Of a stretch of 64,000 bases of DNA, positions 20,401 to 29,131 are shown piece by piece (position 1 is the first letter of the stretch; every line of letters starts with the position of its first letter). The stretch is taken from contig JBAQVB010000006.1 in NCBI GenBank assembly GCA_049297855.1, positions 1,958 to 65,957 of the forward strand, read 5' to 3'. Made by a program: the position numbers and the translations under genes. The DNA is from Candidatus Nanoperiomorbaceae bacterium (GTDB lineage: Bacteria > Patescibacteriota > Saccharimonadia > Saccharimonadales > Saccharimonadaceae). Under the pieces are notes generated by a model. It was not told where the DNA came from. It worked only from the letters and a program-made list of their open reading frames with translations, and did not search any database.

Positions 20401-20572
20401 AGGGCAAGATGCTTGTCGTGGCGGCGTCAACATGGACTATGCCTCTCCGGCTGAATGCATCCGCTACACGCCGAATCTATACTTGGTGCCAGCCTTCACT
20501 TCGCAACAAGATAGCGCCGGCAACCAGAATTGGCAAACCACCGATGAAACGAGTTTGCCCGTGCGATATTAA
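17462..20572 (+). CDS. Large orphan membrane-anchored, presumably extracellular Cys/Trp/Asn/Gly-rich protein
   Basis: 1036-aa ORF. Basic N-terminus followed by one TM segment (MVAVVISVAVVTVLVALSAGG). About 20 Cys and many Trp. I recognise no known domain. Start is GTG 17462 or ATG 17468. Confidence 0.75.
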   Translation: MTMKRNWQQRNDGRKHNNGSVRHKVMLRASATVTRIIQLLSSGRSRTMVAVVISVAVVTVLVALSAGGDTKVYGASGSGGTTMTCYDWCDTSAGYGVSTFYIDRPYLLVNNPNPAGDNNICWYVDKTTGRTSNDCIASPDSPNKGSNSCWQMWQTCFGYTLKGVGTTAYNANLAEAENSCRAEGSNAITYAYVMSVHPGIPPVPWPFAAGKIDESPPAPSWGQTDQSNQGLAWFCNSVGSNAWSSAGNMHVDNHYIGGRNWSYLDRQGNPANGNTMVFSPGQTAVWSSQIWTSAAFPNHRENWFQWWTDKSGDWSGDIASGIVDDTGTNAGSGIGVYPPDANSGPTGFSYGISNSDAGKTLCNRLRWGWTDSNGNWANPDNYKACVLINYATYGGNNRISTQVTATNKTSNAKTSTKSVDSNGTRSGSDEWVNAYPGDNVQWDYLTTNWDTRYPTAYDFRTGFYKTDWYPSGGSRVSNFTRKYGQLGAGASTSWSDSFQIIPAWGGKNIDEYSSFHWDPHWADSGYTGLTARAGFHVPYNYQIKTTGTGTLTTNTSGQSSCDDNHVTVGTNSSLSWTLSASTPVAGHAATNSRPVSWKVIDGAGNPVAVTATRGGTAVSSPMVFQPMDKITITLNLPVQSVAGNVLAYRLIVNDGASGPSSTSVVETDSDNVISSVSNTSSCAESAKSPSIQVDGADSRANRNFTGASGSHVATNGSWSQYGLLANGNINNFGSAGYVDNGDNNSCTLRFANVGNSGGSNCSRAFGSPGNFGNPFKRNLPMVIGSNSNSSDIFAGASPQSWDSNGGPLWSSSGCVTPHADLGYLQVPGVYRYSGGLQIAGGSTGCSGMFGTRTYTDQMHGNYIIYVNGDVTIADNINLEYGLSPGSKAYGSLSNIPQFTIYATGNININSNVARIDANLVSQTGTVNDCANGPAGSGVGADPSYRENGACGNQLVVNGAISTNTTPRLRRTYGAELATEQGQDACRGGVNMDYASPAECIRYTPNLYLVPAFTSQQDSAGNQNWQTTDETSLPVRY

Positions 20573-20668
20573 AACGCTATTATTTGTAGGACGAAAAAAG
20601 CGCGCCACCAATCATTGCATGGTCACAGCAACTACGCGATGATTTTATGATTGGTTGTCGCGTCAATT

Positions 20669-22231
20669 TTAGGATTGTTTAATCGCCGCATCGAGACGAT
20701 TTAACGTTTCATCTTTAGCCAGCGTCATCATTGTCTCCGGTAATCCTGGCGAAAACGGTGCCCAGGTCAGGGCAAAACGAATCATTGAAAATAGCACCGC
20801 CGGTTTTTGGCCGGTTGATTCAAGCAACTCATTCAAGGCGCTCTGAACTTTATTTTTATCCTGAAAATCCCGTTCACTCAATTCGTTTAGACGAGTTTTG
20901 GTGGTTTTAAGGAGTTTTACCAGCGTGGCGCGCTCAACTTTTCTGAGCTGTTTATTGTTGTCAACCATCGTCCAATCCGGCGTCGGTCGCGCAAAAAAAT
21001 ATTCACTCAATACGGGCAAATCGCATAACGTTTTCAAACGATCCGCCACTACGCGTAAAACTTTTTCACGCAGTTCGGGTGTCGCACTTTTAGCGTTGTC
21101 ACCCCAGAATTCGGTGGCGTAATTTGATAATTTAACAAAATTTTCCGCCGCCAAGTTGCGAATCCAGGCACCATTCAGCCAAACCAAATGTCGTTCATCA
21201 AAACGGGCACCGGATTTTTGAACATGAGATAAATCAAATTGTTCGACCAAATCATTCAACGTAAAAATTTCTTGCTCTGATCCGTTTCCCGGATTCCAAC
21301 CCAATAATGCCAAAAAGTTCAACATAGCCTCTGGCAAGATGCCATCCGTTCGATATTCCGAAACCGATTTCGCGCCGTCGCGTTTGCCAAGTTTTTTCTT
21401 ACCGTCAGGCCCCAAAATATGCGGCAAATGAGCAAAAATTGGCCAATCTATGTCCAAGGCGTCGTATAACGCCAGATAGCGCGGCATCGACGAAATGTAT
21501 TCCTGGCCGCGAATAACGTGACTGATTTTCATTTCGTTATCATCAACAATGTGCGCGAAATTGTAGGTCGGCAAACCGTCACTCTTGATCAAAATAAAGT
21601 CGTCCAACACTTCCGCGCCGGCGCTGAGATCGCCAAAAACTTCATCGTGCCAGTGATATTTTTTCAGCTCACGAACCTTAAATCGTAACGGTAAGGTTGG
21701 ATTTTCGCTGGTACCCGGCGTCCATTTGGCCGGATTATCCGGCCGAATATTACGAAACAAAAATGGCTGGCCGTTTTTTTCGCATTCAGCGCGATAGCTC
21801 GTAGTATCGTCCGCCGACGTCGAGTCAGCGTAGGCGAAACCGTCGTCGATCAGTTTTTGGGCATATTTATAATAAATTTCACGACGTGACGTCTGATGAT
21901 ATGGCCCGTAAGGGCCAATCTCGCGCACCTCTTGGCCAACCGAATTTTGACGAATCTGCACGGGCGCGTTTTTAGACAAATACGAATCCGCCGCCGGGCC
22001 CTCGTCCCACGATACCCCGAGCCATTTTAACGTGTCAATAATCAACTCCTCGGCACCATCAACGAAACGCGTTTGATCAGTATCCTCGATGCGTAAAATA
22101 AACCGCGCTTCGTGATCGTCACGTGCGTAAGCTTGTCGCGCCAAAAGATACGGATAGAGCGCGCTACGCACATTACCAACGTGAATGTAACCGGTCGGCG
22201 ATGGCGCAAAACGGGTGCGCACATTCTTCAT
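20669..22231 (-). CDS. gltX: Glutamyl-tRNA synthetase
   Basis: 520 aa. RFAPSPTGYIHVGNVRSAL (HIGH region) and a KLGKRDG (KMSKS-like) motif. Confidence 0.93.
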   Translation of the reverse strand: MKNVRTRFAPSPTGYIHVGNVRSALYPYLLARQAYARDDHEARFILRIEDTDQTRFVDGAEELIIDTLKWLGVSWDEGPAADSYLSKNAPVQIRQNSVGQEVREIGPYGPYHQTSRREIYYKYAQKLIDDGFAYADSTSADDTTSYRAECEKNGQPFLFRNIRPDNPAKWTPGTSENPTLPLRFKVRELKKYHWHDEVFGDLSAGAEVLDDFILIKSDGLPTYNFAHIVDDNEMKISHVIRGQEYISSMPRYLALYDALDIDWPIFAHLPHILGPDGKKKLGKRDGAKSVSEYRTDGILPEAMLNFLALLGWNPGNGSEQEIFTLNDLVEQFDLSHVQKSGARFDERHLVWLNGAWIRNLAAENFVKLSNYATEFWGDNAKSATPELREKVLRVVADRLKTLCDLPVLSEYFFARPTPDWTMVDNNKQLRKVERATLVKLLKTTKTRLNELSERDFQDKNKVQSALNELLESTGQKPAVLFSMIRFALTWAPFSPGLPETMMTLAKDETLNRLDAAIKQS

Positions 22232-22352
22232 TTTGATCCTTTCATACCTTTACATTTTAGCGCAACGACATGTTTGTCGCAAGTTAACGTCGACGTTTGG
22301 CTTTTTGCTGAAACTTTGTTAAAATAGTGCCATATCTTAGAAAGAGAGGGCT

Positions 22353-23777
22353 ATGAACTGGAGAAATATTTTTAAATCGCTACGAAATTCCGACATGCGC
22401 CGACGCGTATTAGCGGTGCTCGGCATTATTATCGTTTATCGCTTTTTGTCGCACGTGCCAGTGCCAATGGCGGGACCGACTGAGCTCAAAACCATCATGG
22501 ACCAAGCGTTGTCGTCCAATGCGTTCGGCGGTTTTTTGAATCTATTATCAGGTGGAGCGCTGGCTAGTTTTTCAATCATGCTGGTCGGCTTGTCTCCTTA
22601 TATTACCGCCAGCGTCATCACGCAGTTGCTGACCAAGGCCGTACCTCAGCTCGAGGAAATGAACAAGGATGGCGAAAGCGGTCGACGTCGCATCAATCAG
22701 TGGACGCGCATCTTGACATTGCCGCTCGCAATCTTGCAAAGCATCGCCTATATTTTCATTCTGCGTCAATCCGCCCTCAGCGGTGCCACTACTACGCTTG
22801 ACATGAACATGACGCAGTGGGTCGTGGCCGTATCGGCTATGACGGCCGGCGCCATGATGTTAATGTGGCTCGGTGAAATTATCACCGAAAAAGGCATTGG
22901 TAACGGTATTTCTTTGCTTATTTTTGCCGGTATTATTTCGCAGCTGCCGACAACATTGGGTTCGCTCGGCTCGGCTATTTTCACGCCTGGGACCGGCGCC
23001 TCGGCCGATCCGTTTCATTTGTTTAACTGGTTCACAATTCCATTGTTAAATAACACGGCAACGTGGCTGACGTTGGCGCTAATGGCAGTTGGTCTAATGG
23101 TATTGTATTTACTCGTTAAAATTAATGAAGGTCAACGGGTTATCACCATTAATTATGCTAAACGGGTGCGGGGAAATTCGGCCTACGGTGGCGTGACATC
23201 GATTTTGCCGATTAAATTGATCACGGCCGGTGTGATTCCGGTAATTTTTGCGGTGGCATTTTTAGCATTGCCGGCCTTTTTGGGGCAATTGTTGGTGGCA
23301 ACACACTGGAATGTCGGACTCGGGCAAAACCTGATCTTGTGGTTCCAGCGCTCAGGCAATAATACATTTACAGCCAGTGGCGATTGGCACCAATTTATTT
23401 ATCCGGTGGCGTACTTCATTTTGGTCGTGGCATTTACTTATTTTTACACTTCCATTGTATTTAACGCTAATGAAATTTCCGAAAACCTGCAAAAACAGGG
23501 CGGATTTATTGGTGGAGTACGGCCAGGCAAACAGACCGCGTCCTACCTCAAGAAAGTGGTCAACCGATTAACGCTCTTTGGATCGTTGGCGCTGGGCTTG
23601 ATCGCCATTTTACCGTTCATTTGTGAATATATTTTTATCAAAATCGGACTCGGTTCGGCGGCGCAAAATTTGTCTATCGGCGGCACAGGACTACTTATCG
23701 TGGTGTCAGTGGCACTGGAATCGTTGCGTCAATTAAACTCGCGTGCCCTAATGGTAACGTATGATGATTTTAAATAG
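22353..23777 (+). CDS. secY: Preprotein translocase subunit SecY
   Basis: 474 aa with 10 predicted TM segments. SecY-like motifs (GISLLIFAGI, RPGKQTASYL). Confidence 0.95.
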   Translation: MNWRNIFKSLRNSDMRRRVLAVLGIIIVYRFLSHVPVPMAGPTELKTIMDQALSSNAFGGFLNLLSGGALASFSIMLVGLSPYITASVITQLLTKAVPQLEEMNKDGESGRRRINQWTRILTLPLAILQSIAYIFILRQSALSGATTTLDMNMTQWVVAVSAMTAGAMMLMWLGEIITEKGIGNGISLLIFAGIISQLPTTLGSLGSAIFTPGTGASADPFHLFNWFTIPLLNNTATWLTLALMAVGLMVLYLLVKINEGQRVITINYAKRVRGNSAYGGVTSILPIKLITAGVIPVIFAVAFLALPAFLGQLLVATHWNVGLGQNLILWFQRSGNNTFTASGDWHQFIYPVAYFILVVAFTYFYTSIVFNANEISENLQKQGGFIGGVRPGKQTASYLKKVVNRLTLFGSLALGLIAILPFICEYIFIKIGLGSAAQNLSIGGTGLLIVVSVALESLRQLNSRALMVTYDDFK

Positions 23778-23789
23778 GGTGGCATAAAC

Positions 23790-24548
23790 ATGCGCCAAGG
23801 GTTTAAAATTTCTCGTGTCAATCATCGCAGAACTGTCACTGCAACCAAATGTTGGATGCGGTTGGCGATTGTGGTTTTGCTATTACTAGCCGTGGTTATA
23901 ATTAGCTATTGGATTTATACACGGCTCAATCAATCAAACATCATTAAAATACAAGGAGCGAATTTTAATAATAATGGCATCTCGACAACACCCATCACGC
24001 CAAGTGCGATTGATAATTACAAAGTCCCCGCCACGCATCCGCGTTTGTTGATTATTCCATCGCTCCAAATCAATGCTCGCGTGTCATCGCTCGGCGCGTT
24101 GCCGCCGCATAACGGCGGACAACAACTCGATGCTCCCAAAAACATTTACGATGTCGGTTGGTATGATTGCACGATTAATCCCATCGCCGCCAATCGTTGC
24201 GCCACTCCAAAGCTGCCTAATGATCACAATACGACAGCGGCCGGACTCATTGACGGTCACAGTTGCGAAGGTTACCCTATGACCTGCGTTTTCAATAATT
24301 TGGCGCGGCTACAAAAAGGTGCTACGATTACGCTTCAACTCGGCGATGCCAGCAATATTAATTACGTCGTTCAGGAAGTCGACACCGCTTCTCTCAACCA
24401 GGTTGACATGAATAAAATGTTAAAACCGATTGTCAGCGGTCGTAATGGTTTGAATTTGATTACTTGCGCTGGCGATTGGACAACTAAAGATTCGCGCGGC
24501 CGAGCGACAATGAACCAACGGGTGGAGGTTTACGCTATTCAACAATAA
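23790..24548 (+). CDS. Sortase-family transpeptidase (class E/F-like)
   Basis: 252 aa. N-terminal TM anchor. Has a catalytic His context (LIDGHS), LNLITCAG (TLxTC-type Cys motif) and a C-terminal Arg (RVEVYA). Confidence 0.75.
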   Translation: MRQGFKISRVNHRRTVTATKCWMRLAIVVLLLLAVVIISYWIYTRLNQSNIIKIQGANFNNNGISTTPITPSAIDNYKVPATHPRLLIIPSLQINARVSSLGALPPHNGGQQLDAPKNIYDVGWYDCTINPIAANRCATPKLPNDHNTTAAGLIDGHSCEGYPMTCVFNNLARLQKGATITLQLGDASNINYVVQEVDTASLNQVDMNKMLKPIVSGRNGLNLITCAGDWTTKDSRGRATMNQRVEVYAIQQ

Positions 24549-24650
24549 AATCACACAAGATGGTAGCCACGCTTTTCTCAGTTGATTTTCAGAATTGTTT
24601 GTAATAATACGGTCGCGAGATAATAATCTAATCAATTAAGGAGGGTTCTG

Positions 24651-25325
24651 GTGAAAGTTTTATTAGTAGAAGACGAGCCACGCCTGGCGGCGGCTGTAGC
24701 GCGCGGTCTAAAACAAGAAAAATATAACGTGGAAATCAGCGACAATGGCTGTTCGGCGTTGACGTTGATTAATAATGGCGACTATGACCTAATGATTTTT
24801 GACCGAATGATGCCTGGGATGGACGGCCTCACGCTAACTAAGGAGGTTCGCAAAGCTAATATTAAAACGCCGATTTTAATTTTAACCGCTAAAGGACAAA
24901 CGCGCGACAAGGTTGACGGACTCAATGCTGGCGCCGACGATTACATGAGCAAACCGTTCGCCTTTGACGAGTTGTTGGCGCGTTTGCGAGCTTTGGCGCG
25001 GCGTCCGGCTGAGCAAAAGCCGGAGACGTTGACGGTTGGCGACTTATCGCTGAATTTTGCCAGCTATGAATGTATACGCAACGGTCGCAACATCGACTTA
25101 ACCGAAACCGAGTTCAAAATCCTAGCTTATCTGATGCGTCATCCGGGCATCGTTTTAACCAAAGACCAAATCGTCAACCAGGTTTGGGATTACGATGCCG
25201 ATATTTTACCAAACACCGTTGAAGCTTATATTTCTTATTTACGCAAAAAAATTGACCGTCCGTTTGAAAAGAAAATAATTATAACTAAGCGAGGCATTGG
25301 TTATAAATTGGATGGAACTAGATGA
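24651..25325 (+). CDS. OmpR/PhoB-family DNA-binding response regulator
   Basis: 224 aa. GTG start after AAGGAGGG. Receiver domain (VLLVEDE, DLMIFDRMMPGMDG) plus winged-helix (LTETEFKILAYLM, RGIGYKL). Confidence 0.93.
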   Translation: MKVLLVEDEPRLAAAVARGLKQEKYNVEISDNGCSALTLINNGDYDLMIFDRMMPGMDGLTLTKEVRKANIKTPILILTAKGQTRDKVDGLNAGADDYMSKPFAFDELLARLRALARRPAEQKPETLTVGDLSLNFASYECIRNGRNIDLTETEFKILAYLMRHPGIVLTKDQIVNQVWDYDADILPNTVEAYISYLRKKIDRPFEKKIIITKRGIGYKLDGTR

Positions 25326-25337
25326 TTTAGCAAGGTT

Positions 25338-26336
25338 ATGTCGATGATCAATAAATATCTCAAGATGATTTCGCGCGCCACAATTAAGTTAACGCTGTTT
25401 TACACAGCGATAATTTTCGTGATTTCGTTATGTTTTTCAGTGGCGATTGGTTTAGCGGCGATCACTGGCGTCCGACAACCTTTTGACCATGAACCGGACC
25501 AGATTGTGCTGAACGACGGTACGCAGATGAGTTTTCAGCCGATTGTTCAGCACCACGACCGAGAAGTCACCGACGGCATCGTTGCGGGTTTAATTATTGT
25601 TAATTTGATAGTTTTGTTTTTTGGCGCAGGGCTCAGTTTTGTTTTGGCGCGCTGGACTTTGCAGCCGATTGAAAAAGCCATGCGAGATCAAACCGATTTT
25701 ATTGCCAACGCTAGCCACGAGTTGCGCACGCCACTAGCCGTCATACAAACCGAAAATGAAGTGCTGTTGCGTGAACCTAAACCTTCCAAATCGGAATTGC
25801 GCGAAAAAGTAACCAGCAACCTGGCGGAGGTTCAAAAATTAAGACGCCTAGCCGATTATTTATTGGCGATGAATAGTGAAGAGAATAGCCAGCCAAACTG
25901 GCGCGAAGTTGATTTGCTCGAATTGTTACGCGAACCCTTGACGCGCATCACCGGCCCGGCCGAACAAAAGCACATAGCAATTAAACGCGCCATTCAGCCA
26001 GTTAAAATTACCACCGATCCCGAGAGATTGGCCGAAATTGTCTATGTTTTGCTCGATAATGCCGTCAAATATTCACCAAAAAATGCAACTATAACAGTTA
26101 CTGGCCGCACCCACGAAATTTCCGTGGCCGATCAGGGCAGTGGCGTAGCGGAAACAGACCGTGTCCGCATTTTCGAACGATTTTACCGCGCCGAAAAGTC
26201 GCACACTGGTGACGGTTTTGGCCTCGGTTTATCACTGGCTCAAACTTTAGCTAACAAGATTCACGCTAAAATTAACGTAAAAAATATTCATAATCATGAT
26301 AAAATCGTCGGCGCCAAATTTATCGTTAGATTGTAA
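25338..26336 (+). CDS. Membrane sensor histidine kinase (2 TM, short extracytoplasmic loop)
   Basis: 332 aa. H-box ASHELRTPLAVIQTE and HATPase motifs (DNAVKYSP, DQGSGV, GFGLGLSLA). Confidence 0.9.
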   Translation: MSMINKYLKMISRATIKLTLFYTAIIFVISLCFSVAIGLAAITGVRQPFDHEPDQIVLNDGTQMSFQPIVQHHDREVTDGIVAGLIIVNLIVLFFGAGLSFVLARWTLQPIEKAMRDQTDFIANASHELRTPLAVIQTENEVLLREPKPSKSELREKVTSNLAEVQKLRRLADYLLAMNSEENSQPNWREVDLLELLREPLTRITGPAEQKHIAIKRAIQPVKITTDPERLAEIVYVLLDNAVKYSPKNATITVTGRTHEISVADQGSGVAETDRVRIFERFYRAEKSHTGDGFGLGLSLAQTLANKIHAKINVKNIHNHDKIVGAKFIVRL

Positions 26337-26362
26337 TTACGCGCGGACAATTAATTCATTAG

Positions 26363-26371
26363 TGCTATAAT
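26363..26371 (+). promoter_or_regulatory. Extended -10 (TGcTATAAT) 6 nt upstream of the PAP2 ATG
   Basis: Sequence motif. No SD fits in the 6-nt gap, which implies a leaderless mRNA. Confidence 0.45.
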
Positions 26372-26377
26372 GGTCGA

Positions 26378-27088
26378 ATGTTAAAAACTACAAATGAAAC
26401 TAAGAATTTTTTTGCTAGCCACAAACGCGCCCTGAGATTATTTTTGGCGCTAGGATTACCGCTAATTATTTTTTTCAAATTAGCCTGGGAAGTGGTCGAA
26501 AAGGAGCATATGAAAATCGACGCGCCGGTGCTTTATTTTATTCATGAACACGCTTCTACAACGCTAGACTCAGTTGCCGTGTTTATCAGTAATTCTGGCT
26601 ATGAATTTGGCACATTGATTGCAGTGATTCTGCTGGCTTGCTATGTTATTTTCAAACAGAAAAAATATCAAAATCTAGCGTTCATCGCAATTGGCATTGG
26701 TGGCGCGATGGTGGCTAATGTAATTCTAAAACTATTATTCATGCGTCCACGGCCAGAGTTGTGGCATTGGATCGTGGCAGAGAGCGGCTATTCGTTTCCG
26801 TCCGGCCACGCTATGCTGAGTGCCGCGATTGCTGCGGTGGCGATTTACTTATTCTGGGGCACGCGTCATCGCTGGTGGATTGCAATTGTGGCAATTTTGT
26901 GCACCACGTTAATTGGTTTATCGCGATTATATCTAGGCGTTCACTATCCGAGCGATATCATAGCCGGCTGGAGCGTAAGCGTCGCTTGGGTCACGCTAGT
27001 TGATATCGCATTAAAATACTATGATAGGAATATCATTAAAAGTTACGCCAAACATACGACAAAACCGAAAACGGTAGCACTAAAATAA
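26378..27088 (+). CDS. PAP2-family phosphatase (undecaprenyl-diphosphatase/BcrC-like)
   Basis: 236 aa, polytopic. Motifs KLLFMRPRP, SFPSGHAM and SRLYLGVHYPSD. Confidence 0.88.
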   Translation: MLKTTNETKNFFASHKRALRLFLALGLPLIIFFKLAWEVVEKEHMKIDAPVLYFIHEHASTTLDSVAVFISNSGYEFGTLIAVILLACYVIFKQKKYQNLAFIAIGIGGAMVANVILKLLFMRPRPELWHWIVAESGYSFPSGHAMLSAAIAAVAIYLFWGTRHRWWIAIVAILCTTLIGLSRLYLGVHYPSDIIAGWSVSVAWVTLVDIALKYYDRNIIKSYAKHTTKPKTVALK

Positions 27089-27098
27089 TTTTACGATC

Positions 27099-28403
27099 TT
27101 ACTCATAGCGCAATGACTCGATCGGATCCTTTTGGGCGGCTCGCCAGGCTGGAACCGTGCCGGCTAAAAAGGCTATCGTCATAATAATAATTACGATGAT
27201 CGCGAGCGCCAATGGGCTGAATTCTATCAGCGTAAAACCAGGTAGACCACTCAGAAAATTATGCGTTGCCCATGGATTAGCCCAGGCTTTCGTCAGATAG
27301 GCCAATCCGATACCGATTGCGGCGCCCCAAAAACCGAGCGCCACCGCCTCAAAGCTAAATATCAGAAAAATCTTGCCACGGCTAAGACCCATCGCCTTCA
27401 TCAGACCGATTTCGCGCGTGCGTTCCTGAACTGACATAAACAGGGTGTTGATAATGCCGATCGACGCTGCAACCAGGGCTATTACGCCAAAAATGAGCAG
27501 CACGACAGTAATTGCGTTAAATAAAGTTTTGAGCATGCCGACCTCGTCATCGACTGTCGTGGCGGTAAAACCTAACTTTTTCAACTGACTTTTAACATCG
27601 TCTGTTTTGGTTACGCCATAATAAGATTTATCCAACTGCGCGCTGGCTAGGTAAATCTGATCTCTGTATTGTGCGGGTAGTCCATCAGTCATCTTTGCAT
27701 AAATTTGGTCACCGGCCGCCGCATTAATCCAGGCGCGCCCAAACCCGATAACCGTTGGATTAGCCACGCCCATGACAGTTGCTTCAACGATGCTGCTCTG
27801 ATTTGTCACCTGATTAGTGACAGCCAATTCGACTTTTTGACCGAGAATAGTGCTGTTCGTGAAACCAAGTGGCTTGACGTATTTATCCGGTAAAACAATT
27901 TCAGCGCGATCGCCATTCAAATTCACCATTCGGCCGCTGGCTAAATCCACGCGGATCGTGCTTGATGGCATCACGCCAGCCGTGATCACATATTTTTTCA
28001 TCGCACTGGGCGCGGTAATATAATCAATTGTCAACGCCTGCAATGGTTGCACGTTTTTGATGCCCTTAACAGCGGCAATTTTTGATAAATCGGCCTTAGT
28101 AATCACCGAGGCTGCCGCCGAGTCATTATTCGGATTATATTCCGTAACGTTCTGGCTCATGCCACCCAAACCCATGCTCGACATCGAGTTAGCCGATGCC
28201 GTTTTGACAATTTGATCGAAATAGCCCTCGCCACCGATGCTGGATATCTGTTTATCAATGTAATTATTAACGCCCTGATTGATGCCGGTGGTTAAAATAA
28301 TTGTGAACGATCCGACGACAATTGCCAAAATTGTCAAAAGTGAGCGGCTCTTGTTGCGCAACAAATTGGCGTTAGCGGTATTGATAATATCCCAAAATTT
28401 CAT
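27099..28403 (-). CDS. ABC transporter permease, MacB/FtsX type (4 TM with a large periplasmic-type domain)
   Basis: 434 aa. An N-terminal TM segment, a ~250-aa extracytoplasmic domain, then the FtsX-type 3-TM bundle. Ends ...DPIESLRYE. Confidence 0.88.
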   Translation of the reverse strand: MKFWDIINTANANLLRNKSRSLLTILAIVVGSFTIILTTGINQGVNNYIDKQISSIGGEGYFDQIVKTASANSMSSMGLGGMSQNVTEYNPNNDSAAASVITKADLSKIAAVKGIKNVQPLQALTIDYITAPSAMKKYVITAGVMPSSTIRVDLASGRMVNLNGDRAEIVLPDKYVKPLGFTNSTILGQKVELAVTNQVTNQSSIVEATVMGVANPTVIGFGRAWINAAAGDQIYAKMTDGLPAQYRDQIYLASAQLDKSYYGVTKTDDVKSQLKKLGFTATTVDDEVGMLKTLFNAITVVLLIFGVIALVAASIGIINTLFMSVQERTREIGLMKAMGLSRGKIFLIFSFEAVALGFWGAAIGIGLAYLTKAWANPWATHNFLSGLPGFTLIEFSPLALAIIVIIIMTIAFLAGTVPAWRAAQKDPIESLRYE

Positions 28404-29119
28404 AATTCAACTCCTTGTGCTAGATCATCATGTGAAAACTCCCCGACGATTTTTCCATCTTTGATATGAATGGCACGGTCGCATTTTTTGGCCAAATCAA
28501 TATCGTGCGTCACTAAAATCAGTGTTTTTCCGGCGCGTGCAAAACCAAACAATAATCGTTCAACGCGCTCACCGGTCGCCGAATCGAGATTGCCGGTCGG
28601 TTCGTCCGCGAAAATAATGCTAGGATTATTGACAATGGCACGCGCGATACAAACGCGCTGTTTCTGGCCACCGGACAGATCATTGGCCTTGTTTTTGGCT
28701 TTGTCGTCTAACTCCACAATTTTAAGCGCCGCAAGCGCCAACTTTTTGCGTCGACGTGATGATACGCCGGCAATTTTCAACGGTAAAATCACATTGTTTA
28801 ACACGGTATCGCGTTCATTCATAAAAAATTGCTGGAACACAAAACCGAATTTTTTATTGCGCAATCGATTTAGTTTGCGTGAATTTTTTTTAAGTTTCGC
28901 AAAATCCTGGTCGTCAACGCTAACTGAGCCGCTAGTCGGTTGGTCAAGTAGCGCCAATAAATGCATGAGGGTTGATTTACCTGAACCAGATTTACCAATA
29001 ATAGCCAGCGATTCGCCACTGGGAACTGCTAGATTGACATCATCTAACGCTCGAAATTTATTTTCCCGTTTGCCGTAATCTTTGACCAGGCGTGTTGCGC
29101 GTAAAACGATATCACTCAT
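28400..29119 (-). CDS. ABC transporter ATP-binding protein (MacB/LolD-like)
   Basis: 239 aa. Walker A GKSGSGKST, signature LSGGQKQR, Walker B IIFADEPTGNLD. 4-nt overlap with the permease gene. Confidence 0.94.
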   Translation of the reverse strand: MSDIVLRATRLVKDYGKRENKFRALDDVNLAVPSGESLAIIGKSGSGKSTLMHLLALLDQPTSGSVSVDDQDFAKLKKNSRKLNRLRNKKFGFVFQQFFMNERDTVLNNVILPLKIAGVSSRRRKKLALAALKIVELDDKAKNKANDLSGGQKQRVCIARAIVNNPSIIFADEPTGNLDSATGERVERLLFGFARAGKTLILVTHDIDLAKKCDRAIHIKDGKIVGEFSHDDLAQGVEL

Positions 29120-29131
29120 GCTTCTATTCTA

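Noticed and set aside
20573-20668. Inverted repeat CCAATCAT...ATGATTGG between the convergent 1036-aa gene and gltX as a terminator
   Set aside because: The arms are only 8 bp, separated by a ~30-nt loop, with no flanking T-run. The evidence is too weak to annotate.
22232-22352. T-box riboswitch upstream of gltX (and upstream of trpS at 42050-42141)
   Set aside because: The leaders are only about 30-120 nt, too short for a T-box. No specifier loop or T-box consensus was visible.
28470-29078. 202-aa ORF on the plus strand, and many similar 60-175-aa ORFs (e.g. 68..394-, 1095..1448-, 2448..2975-, 10982..11356-, 38097..38573-, 57480..57953-)
   Set aside because: They are antisense or out of frame to genes with unambiguous conserved products (r-proteins, ABC ATPase). 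Their Arg/Ser/Ala-rich composition is typical of shadow ORFs.
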